Shown here: in pieces, positions 1 through 5,911 of the stretch | How the letters are laid out: every line of letters begins with the position of its first letter | Numbering within the stretch: the stretch's first letter is position 1 | Origin: Bdellovibrionota bacterium | Lineage (GTDB): Bacteria > Bdellovibrionota_C > UBA2361 > OMII01 | DNA: 11,498 bases | Direction: 5' to 3' | Assembly (NCBI GenBank): GCA_044356215.1 | Contig: JBIKWQ010000089.1 | Coordinates: forward strand, 1 to 11,498 | Program-made: the position numbers and the translations under genes | The notes under the pieces: generated by a model | What the model saw: the letters and a program-made list of their open reading frames with translations, nothing else | Database searches by the model: none | Told to the model about the DNA's origin: nothing

Positions 1-105
1 GTATCCAAGCGGGTGATAGCGACTCAGTGCCGTTTCAACATCATCTATGTCATGCGGGCTCGTTGCCGGTCGTACTTTAACCTCATTGATATCTATCGTG
101 CTCAT
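1..105 (-). CDS. Partial CDS running off the window edge; N-terminus of a DUF4338 (DruA-like)-domain protein, probably IS-encoded
   Basis: Not in the ORF track. The minus strand from ATG at 105 reads MSTIDINEVKVRPATSPHDIDDVETALSRYHPLGY with no stop before the edge. An AAGGAG Shine-Dalgarno (116-121) lies 10 nt upstream, and there is an alternative in-frame ATG at 126. The pattern 'V-x-VRP ... L-x-x-YH-x-LG' resembles the start of DUF4338 domains as I recall them. Only 35 aa are visible. Confidence 0.55.
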   Translation of the reverse strand, partial: MSTIDINEVKVRPATSPHDIDDVETALSRYHPLGY

Positions 106-131
106 AGACTTTGCGCTCCTTCGCATGATCG

Positions 132-160
132 AGCCTATTTTATTTTCGCTCCTCGGGCAA
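132..160 (-). promoter_or_regulatory. Candidate sigma70-type promoter for the ORF starting at 105/126
   Basis: Minus strand TTGCCC (160-155), 17-nt spacer, TAGGCT (137-132). Confidence 0.35.
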
Positions 161-170
161 GTGTTTATAA

Positions 171-186
171 AAAATATCGATATTTT
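171..186. repeat. Perfect 16-bp palindrome AAAATATCGATATTTT (possible protein-binding site)
   Basis: The sequence equals its own reverse complement. It lies 10 nt upstream of the candidate -35 box and inside the putative IS end. The function is inferred. Confidence 0.7.
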
Positions 187-192
187 ACGAGG

Positions 193-1791
193 TTAGAGGG
201 GTAGGCTGCGAAGCCCTAGCCTCCATTCAGGAGCGGCACTCAAAAATTTATAAATAGGTACAATGTCGCTTTCAGAGGCCGGCTGCGGCAAGATAAATGT
301 ACGCATATCATACCGCTCGATATCTCTTTTGATTACCTGCTCGTCGTTTCCGAACTTCATATAGTGCATGAAGCCCTCCTCTCCGTAGACCTCATCGAGT
401 CGAGCACTGTCGATATAGACTTTGTAGTTAGGGTACATTCGGTAGAGAAAATAGGACCCAGACCCGTAGTCGGAGAATATGTTGCCAGCAACTTTCGCTT
501 GCAAGAGCATCTCTGTTGGTCTCTCCGGGAACTTCCGTTTGTCTATCCCGAGGGAAAAGCGACGGTCGACGTCGCCGTTGGAATATCCGAAGGCTAAAAC
601 TTTAACCCCCGTTCCGATCACAAGACCAATAACCGTTAGCGCCACCAGGGATTGGCGGCGTCTTAAAAGATTAATCAATCGTGATTTGCTCGTGTTCCAG
701 ATACACTCCCCAGTACAAACAAGGAGTGATAGGAAGCTCATGTAAAAAAGCGGTATGTGGCGAGCTGAGCCGCATGACAGTAGGCAGAGAGAGAGCGATA
801 TCGGGATCAATGGCATCGCCGATCTGACTCCCGTGGCAAAGAGGAAATTAAATCCAAGAGTGAAGGTGAAGAGGATGAGTGCCCCGTAAAACCACCAAGC
901 TAAATGCTGGGATGTTATAGTCGGGTGGAAAGGAGAGAACCACTCGAAGATGTTTGTGCGTGATGGATGGCTGGCAAAAAGCTCCTCGGCAAATTTAAGG
1001 TAGCTCCTAATCCCCCCAGGACAAATCATGTTGGCTACTATTATTCCAACCATTACAGAAGTCGCAAATTTATCGAACCGACGGTTTTTAACAGAGTCTC
1101 GCAACCACCAGAGCCCGACGAGGAAAACCCCAAGGATCGCGCTTGGATGCGAATTTATCCAGAGCACTTGAATCGGTAGCATCCAGAGGATCGCGCGCCT
1201 TTTGTGGGTGGTTATGAGAAGGATGGTAATGCTTAGAAAGAGATAGGCAAAGACATACATACGGGTCTGAAACCAGTAACATGACGCTAGTATCGCGAGT
1301 GCCGTGATCGCAAAGCAAAGGAGCGGCATCTTGGTCCTGTTTGACCATCCTAGATAAAGGACCGAATATGTGGCGGCGAACACGAAGATACAGAAGATCT
1401 GAATGGCTTCAAGGCCGCCTAGCGAATGCACGGCATAAAAAACAAGTGAAGGTAGAGGGCCGTTTAGAGCCCATTTGTGTGGGCCTGTGAAGGAAAAAGG
1501 GTCATCTGTCGGGATCGCTTTGTGGCGCCAGAGGTATTCGCCCGTTACTATATTAGCGAAGATATCTTCTGATTCGATCGGAAATATGCCGGTGATGAAA
1601 CAGAGAGCGAAGATAAGGGCCACATGAAGTGCTGGGTGAGCTAGGACTTGATAGAGGGTCCCTACCTCTGAGGACTCCTCTACAATTGAATCCGGCGAAT
1701 CCATGTCAGCATGACTACTTGTGTTAACCACATTTTGAGTGATTAATTTATCCGCCTTACGTTCCCGTTTTAACCGAGCATTCTTTCCCAT
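193..1791 (-). CDS. Polytopic membrane protein of an uncharacterised, possibly GT-C-like family; probably 3'-truncated
   Basis: Many hydrophobic segments, with motifs EDIFANIVTGEYL..IPTDDPFSFT, LWINSH, NIFEW, ARHIPLF, GNIFSDYGSGSY and VYIDSAR. These match a widespread hypothetical membrane family as I recall it (DxxWHLxxG..IPxxDPFS..LWxNxH..EW..R..FIDGR). I prefer ATG 1791 (MGKNARLKRERK) as the start because the ORF-track GTG at 1998 lies inside the fold-back repeat. The start is uncertain, since no clear SD is present. Confidence 0.7.
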   Translation of the reverse strand: MGKNARLKRERKADKLITQNVVNTSSHADMDSPDSIVEESSEVGTLYQVLAHPALHVALIFALCFITGIFPIESEDIFANIVTGEYLWRHKAIPTDDPFSFTGPHKWALNGPLPSLVFYAVHSLGGLEAIQIFCIFVFAATYSVLYLGWSNRTKMPLLCFAITALAILASCYWFQTRMYVFAYLFLSITILLITTHKRRAILWMLPIQVLWINSHPSAILGVFLVGLWWLRDSVKNRRFDKFATSVMVGIIVANMICPGGIRSYLKFAEELFASHPSRTNIFEWFSPFHPTITSQHLAWWFYGALILFTFTLGFNFLFATGVRSAMPLIPISLSLCLLSCGSARHIPLFYMSFLSLLVCTGECIWNTSKSRLINLLRRRQSLVALTVIGLVIGTGVKVLAFGYSNGDVDRRFSLGIDKRKFPERPTEMLLQAKVAGNIFSDYGSGSYFLYRMYPNYKVYIDSARLDEVYGEEGFMHYMKFGNDEQVIKRDIERYDMRTFILPQPASESDIVPIYKFLSAAPEWRLGLRSLPL

Positions 1792-1848
1792 AGAGCTGAT
1801 AGAATAAACGGCTGATGTGCTTCCGGAAAGGTGGAAATCAATCCTTAA

Positions 1849-2031
1849 GGAAGCGAGGCAAAACCCCTCCCTGCTGCGAAAGCGGATCTTGAGCTGCTCT
1901 TTGAGTTTTCGTGACGAGAAAAAATCCTCAATGTATCTCAGAGGATACATCTGCGGTTTTTTCTCATCACGAAAATCAAATATCAACTCAATCTCCACTT
2001 TCTCGCTACGGGTAGGTTTTGCCTCGCTTCC
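1849..2031. repeat. 183-bp imperfect fold-back (long inverted repeat), MITE-like element
   Basis: Arms 1849-1937 and 1944-2031 are reverse-complementary (about 68 of 89 columns by manual alignment) around a 6-nt loop TCAGAG. The outer 17 bp (GGAAGCGAGGCAAAACC) are perfect. Flanks are TTAA (1845-1848) and CTAA (2032-2035). Confidence 0.9.
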
Positions 2032-2970
2032 CTAAGGAAGGGCGAACGAGTCATCCGTGGGGTCGTATCTCCGTGACTTCGATGTCACGCCCAGTGCTTG
2101 CTTTGGCTTGGTGTTTCTCTCAGGGCGACTTCGTGTTCGATCGTACCTAGGGGTCGCCTCTGGAAGTAAAGTCTGAAGGGCCTGGAGTCTATCTGCACTA
2201 TTGGGGTGAGATGACAGGAAGGTAAGTGGCATCCCGGCAGTCTCTGGAGTATACGACATCTTGGTCCAGAAAGAGAGCGCCTGGCGTGGATCGAATCCAG
2301 CATCCGCCATCAAAAAGAAGCCAATATGATCCGCCTCCATTTCAAGTCTTTGTGATTCCGGGTTTACCGCGATCGCTTTGATAGCTTCTGATACAACTAC
2401 AGCGGCTAGTTGTGCCAATGCGCTAAACTCAGGCTGCATCGCGACAACCTGGCCGGCGATGTTGCCGCTAACTTTGGCCATGATTTCACTCGCTTCCTCG
2501 GCTGGGGTAGATTTTGTATGATTGGCCAAGAGGTGTCCGATCTCGTGGGCTAATACAGTTGCCAGCTCGCCATCGCTTCCAGCAAGGTGCAGCATGCCGG
2601 TCCATACGAAAACGTAATTACCCCTGGTTGCCGCCGCGTTTACTACATCATCTCCTTGCAAAACAAAGACATTCCACGGATGCCTGTCTGCCTTAGCGGA
2701 CCGGGCTAATCGATTCACAAGACCCCTTACTCTTTCAATTGCCCTGTCGTCGCGTGATAGGGGGTAGCGCGCAGTGATCTGCGAAAGAACGTGATGCCCG
2801 TACGCTTCATCTTCAGCGGAAACGTATGACTCCTGCGGAATCAATCCAGGGGTAACGGCGACCCTGCCAGATGAGCATCCGGCTAGTAAAAAAAAACAAG
2901 CTAAGAATAAGGGAGTTAAATACCTCCATGAGGTGCTCCTAGCGCCTTTTGATATCTTCTCGTCGTTCAC
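2032..2970 (-). CDS. M48 family zinc metallopeptidase, lipoprotein (LoiP/Oma1-like)
   Basis: Signal peptide with lipobox LLAG-C. Motifs VNAAA..G..VFVWTG, ELATVLAHEIGH (HExxH), EMEADHIG, AGFDP and FLSSHP..xR. GTG start. Confidence 0.93.
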   Translation of the reverse strand: MNDEKISKGARSTSWRYLTPLFLACFFLLAGCSSGRVAVTPGLIPQESYVSAEDEAYGHHVLSQITARYPLSRDDRAIERVRGLVNRLARSAKADRHPWNVFVLQGDDVVNAAATRGNYVFVWTGMLHLAGSDGELATVLAHEIGHLLANHTKSTPAEEASEIMAKVSGNIAGQVVAMQPEFSALAQLAAVVVSEAIKAIAVNPESQRLEMEADHIGFFLMADAGFDPRQALSFWTKMSYTPETAGMPLTFLSSHPNSADRLQALQTLLPEATPRYDRTRSRPERNTKPKQALGVTSKSRRYDPTDDSFALP

Positions 2971-3003
2971 AGTTAGAGCCCAAGAATATGTTTTAGGTTC
3001 GAG

Positions 3004-3031
3004 TTGACCGAAAAGCCATTATCTCCATAAT
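3004..3031 (+). promoter_or_regulatory. Candidate distal sigma70-type promoter overlapping a short inverted repeat
   Basis: TTGACC (3004-3009), 16-nt spacer, CATAAT (3026-3031). It overlaps the dyad CATTAT-CTCC-ATAATG. Confidence 0.3.
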
Positions 3032-3057
3032 GACTGGTTAGTAGGTTGTCGTGGTGA

Positions 3058-3087
3058 TTGCCTCTTTCATCAAAAAACCAGTATAGT
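3058..3087 (+). promoter_or_regulatory. Candidate sigma70-type promoter for the plus-strand operon
   Basis: TTGCCT (3058-3063), 18-nt spacer, TATAGT (3082-3087), in the AT-rich divergent intergenic region 2971-3206. Confidence 0.4.
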
Positions 3088-3206
3088 GCCGTCTTGTAAC
3101 CATAGTTATGTACGTTACTTATCGTTAAATTTCGCCTAAGTTAACCCACTACTGGTAGTAATGACGACAGGCACATTATTGTCTTTAATTTAGAGGTGTC
3201 TCACCC

Positions 3207-3791
3207 GTGGTTTATTCAAATGATAGCGGTTCTGAACGACTGATTCCAGCGAACTTTTCGTGCGCATACACGGAGCGAGAGATAACTGAGAGGATCGTCG
3301 AGTTAGGCCGCGATATTAGCAGTTGGTGTGAGGGCGTTTGGCGTGAATCCCACACCGACGTTCTGGTCCTGCCGGTGTTGCGTGGGGGGATATTCTTTTT
3401 TGCAGACCTCGTCCGTCAAATTAAAGCATCTGTCGAGATAGCTCCAGTTACCGCAGTAGCCTACAGAGCTGGAAAGAACGGGATCCAGAAAGATGAAGTT
3501 GAGTTAACTGTTGATACCTTGGCGGTAAAGGGGCGTGTTGTCTTGGTTGTTGATGATGTGTGCGACTCTGGAAGGACGCTTGAGGCGCTCGAGACGACCC
3601 TGACCAAGATGGGAGCTCGGGAGGTGCGAACTGCTGTCCTGGTGAGACGACTTCTGGATAAACCGAGCTTTGTGCCGTGCTGGGTTGGCTTTCAATATCC
3701 AGGCACGGAATGGCTTGTCGGATACGGAATGGACGACAGCGAGCGATGGCGCAATCTTCCAGGTGTGTACGTTATTAAAAAAGAATCTTAA
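3207..3791 (+). CDS. hpt: Hypoxanthine/guanine phosphoribosyltransferase-like type I PRTase
   Basis: VLRGGIFFFADLVR, PRPP-binding motif VLVVDDVCDSGRTL, and C-terminal WLVGYGMD..RWRNLP typical of HPRT. SD-like AGAGGTG at 3192-3198 precedes the GTG start. Confidence 0.82.
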   Translation: MVYSNDSGSERLIPANFSCAYTEREITERIVELGRDISSWCEGVWRESHTDVLVLPVLRGGIFFFADLVRQIKASVEIAPVTAVAYRAGKNGIQKDEVELTVDTLAVKGRVVLVVDDVCDSGRTLEALETTLTKMGAREVRTAVLVRRLLDKPSFVPCWVGFQYPGTEWLVGYGMDDSERWRNLPGVYVIKKES

Positions 3792-3794
3792 CCC

Positions 3795-5135
3795 ATGAAG
3801 TCGAATGCGGCAGACGTAGAGCCTACTCAGGCTAACGCTTCGGGCGAATCGGGAGTCGCCTACGTTGTAGACATAGTAAACCTCAGTAAGAGCTTTAAGA
3901 GACGAACTAGGGGCAGATCTAGTTACACAACGGTAAAGTCAGCGCTGTTATCTCGACTCTTCCGAGGTGCGGATAAATCGTCAGAAGATCATGTGACGCA
4001 CGCCATTCGCGATCTTACTATGAGGATCCCTAAAGGTAGTTCAGTCGGGCTCATCGGACGCAACGGGTCGGGTAAGTCAACCTTCCTTAAGTTAATAACT
4101 GGGATCTATAAGCCCACAAGTGGATCTATTTTGGTCTCGGGGCGAGTCGCGGCCTTAATTGAACTTGGGGCGGGTTTCCATCCCGATTTTACTGGCCGCG
4201 AGAATCTTATGTTGGCCGGCGTAATGCACGGACTCTCTCGGCAGCAAGTCGAGGAGCGATTTGATCAGATAGTTGATTTCGCTGAGTTGCGGGATGTTAT
4301 CGATGATCCCGTTCGTACATTTTCATCGGGGATGTTCATGCGGCTGGGTTTCAGTGTAGCCGTACACACTGATCCGGATATCCTTCTTGTGGATGAGGTC
4401 CTTGCTGTAGGTGACGCCGGGTTCGTGGCTAAGTGTAAGGACCGCATCGCAGACTTGAGGAAGCAGGGAAAGACCTTAATTCTGGTAACGCACGATCTAG
4501 AGGCCGTTGAGCGTTGGTGCGACGAGGCGATCTGGCTCCATCAGGGCGAGGTAAAGGATAGAGGGTATCCACGGCGAGTGATCGACTCATACAGACAATT
4601 CGTTGAGAAAGGAGAAGAGGCGTCTATTTTGCGGGCGGAGACTTCGGATACAGAAGCTTTTGCCTCTCAATCAACGCAGTTGGAATCCGCGCGTTGGGGT
4701 AGTCGAGAAGTCGAGATTACCAGAGTTGATCTGCTTGGAGAGGGACGAGAGGAGAAGCGAGTTTATCACCCAAATGATTCGCTACGAGTTCGAGTAGCTT
4801 ATCGCTTCAACACCAAGAGCGAGGACCTTGTTTTTGGAGTCGGAATTCACCGGGCTGATGGACTTAATGTTTTTGGAAGTAATACAGAGATCGATCAGGT
4901 ATCTCTGCCAGCTTTGGGCTCAACGGGAGAGATTGAGTGCCAGATCGACCGACTAGGATTACTAGACGGCAGTTACGTAATAGATGTGGCGGCTCACCGC
5001 TCGGATGGTTACCCATATGATTATCACAAGTCAGCAATCCATTTCTCGATTCGCTCTGAGGCTAGGATTGTGGGGGTGATCTCTCCTGAGCGTCGATGGT
5101 TCTATAATGGAGAAGAGGTAGGTCGATGCGGGTAA
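3795..5135 (+). CDS. wzt: Polysaccharide ABC exporter ATP-binding subunit with C-terminal Wzt_C carbohydrate-binding domain
   Basis: Walker A GRNGSGKS, ELGAGFHPDFTGREN, signature FSSGM, Walker B ILLVDE and H-loop LVTH. A C-terminal extension starts at RWGSREVEI and contains FGVGIH and LLDGSYVIDVA, typical of the Wzt C-terminal domain. Confidence 0.93.
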   Translation: MKSNAADVEPTQANASGESGVAYVVDIVNLSKSFKRRTRGRSSYTTVKSALLSRLFRGADKSSEDHVTHAIRDLTMRIPKGSSVGLIGRNGSGKSTFLKLITGIYKPTSGSILVSGRVAALIELGAGFHPDFTGRENLMLAGVMHGLSRQQVEERFDQIVDFAELRDVIDDPVRTFSSGMFMRLGFSVAVHTDPDILLVDEVLAVGDAGFVAKCKDRIADLRKQGKTLILVTHDLEAVERWCDEAIWLHQGEVKDRGYPRRVIDSYRQFVEKGEEASILRAETSDTEAFASQSTQLESARWGSREVEITRVDLLGEGREEKRVYHPNDSLRVRVAYRFNTKSEDLVFGVGIHRADGLNVFGSNTEIDQVSLPALGSTGEIECQIDRLGLLDGSYVIDVAAHRSDGYPYDYHKSAIHFSIRSEARIVGVISPERRWFYNGEEVGRCG

Positions 5136-5905
5136 TACTCCTTGAGCTCTGGCGCGCGAGAACTCTGATTGACGCTTTGGTAAGGCGACACATTGCAACC
5201 CGTTATAGGGGTTCGTTGCTGGGTTTTCTATGGTCCTTTCTTAATCCTCTTTGCTTAATGGCAGTTTATACTTTGGTGTTTAGTACCTACATGAGGGTCG
5301 GAGGTGGTCAGCACTACCATCTAATGGTTTTCGCGGGGTTGCTTCCATGGATCTGGTCAACCTCGGCGCTTCACGAAGGAACATCGTCATTAGTCAGCAG
5401 CGGACACTTAATCACTAAGTCGTTGTTTCCTGCTCACGTGTTGCCGTGCGTTAGTGTTCTGGCCTCAATGATCCATTTTATCCTAGCGCTGCCGATATTG
5501 GTTGTGTTCATGTGCTTTGCTGGGGTATCGGTCACAGCGGCATGGCTGCTTTTGCCGGTTGTTATTTTCCTTCACGGGATGTTTCTGTTAGGGGCAGTGC
5601 TAGGACTCAGCGCGCTGAATGTATTCTATCGCGATGTGCAGCACCTCCTGGGAAATATCCTGACGTTCGTATTTTTTCTCTGTCCAGTTGTTTACCCGCG
5701 CACTAATATCCCAGAGCGAGCTAGGTTCTGGATCGAGCTAAACCCTCTGGCGCTCGTTACTGAGTTTTATCAGATGATACTAGTGGAAGGTGTTTTGCCA
5801 TCGCTTGGACAGTTGGCGTATTTCGCGCTGACTGCCTTAGTTGTCCTAGCTCTAGGGGTAATGATCCATCAAAGGAATAGAGAGCAGTTCGCGGAGGCTC
5901 TGTAG
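5126..5905 (+). CDS. wzm: Polysaccharide ABC-2 exporter permease
   Basis: RYRGSLLGFLWSFLNP, GLLPW, LITKSLFP, YRDVQH, PVVYP and NPL motifs, with about six TM segments. Overlaps wzt by 10 nt and has SD GAGGT. Confidence 0.93.
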   Translation: MRVILLELWRARTLIDALVRRHIATRYRGSLLGFLWSFLNPLCLMAVYTLVFSTYMRVGGGQHYHLMVFAGLLPWIWSTSALHEGTSSLVSSGHLITKSLFPAHVLPCVSVLASMIHFILALPILVVFMCFAGVSVTAAWLLLPVVIFLHGMFLLGAVLGLSALNVFYRDVQHLLGNILTFVFFLCPVVYPRTNIPERARFWIELNPLALVTEFYQMILVEGVLPSLGQLAYFALTALVVLALGVMIHQRNREQFAEAL

Positions 5906-5911
5906 ATTAGG

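Larger units (their letters stand above)
1..218 (-). mobile_element. Putative left end of an insertion sequence (ISAs1-like), remainder outside the window
   Basis: The minus strand from 218 reads TAGGGCTTCGCA, similar to the (C)AGGGC-type termini of ISAs1-family elements. It is followed by an AT-rich palindrome, a sigma70-like promoter, an SD and a DUF4338-like ORF. The upstream membrane protein ends abruptly at this point (EWRL|GLRSLPL*). The second IR and target duplication cannot be seen. Confidence 0.5.

Noticed and set aside
13..204. Plus-strand 63-aa ORF from the ORF track
   Set aside because: No recognisable motif. The opposite strand has a better supported ORF with SD, promoter and a domain-like motif.
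1..420. Possible DGR template/variable repeat pair at the 3' end of the membrane-protein gene
   Set aside because: I found no alignable repeat with adenine-specific mismatches, and no reverse transcriptase is present in the window.
364..1348. Short ORFs 364-597, 479-745, 967-1179 and 1088-1348
   Set aside because: Shadow or alternative-frame ORFs inside the membrane-protein gene, with no motifs.
1849..2031. Fold-back as an intrinsic terminator, integron attC site, CRISPR unit or protelomerase site
   Set aside because: It is too long and has no U-tract after the stem. It lacks RYYYAAC/GTTRRRY ends and a repeat-spacer array. The arms are too divergent for a telomere-resolution palindrome, and no cognate enzyme is in view.
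1817..2035. Plus-strand 72-aa ORF as a real gene or toxin
   Set aside because: It lies almost wholly within the fold-back repeat and mirrors the opposite-strand translation. It has no SD and no hydrophobic toxin-like helix.
3088..3206. Purine riboswitch upstream of hpt
   Set aside because: The conserved core motifs (UAUAAU..AUAUGG..GUUUCUACC..CCGUAAA..GACUA) are absent. Only small dyads such as ACTAC-TG-GTAGT are present. cmscan would settle it.
2085..5706. Short ORFs 2085-2303, 2514-2696, 3504-3695, 4265-4447, 4603-4797 and 5512-5706
   Set aside because: All are nested within well-supported genes and have no independent evidence.
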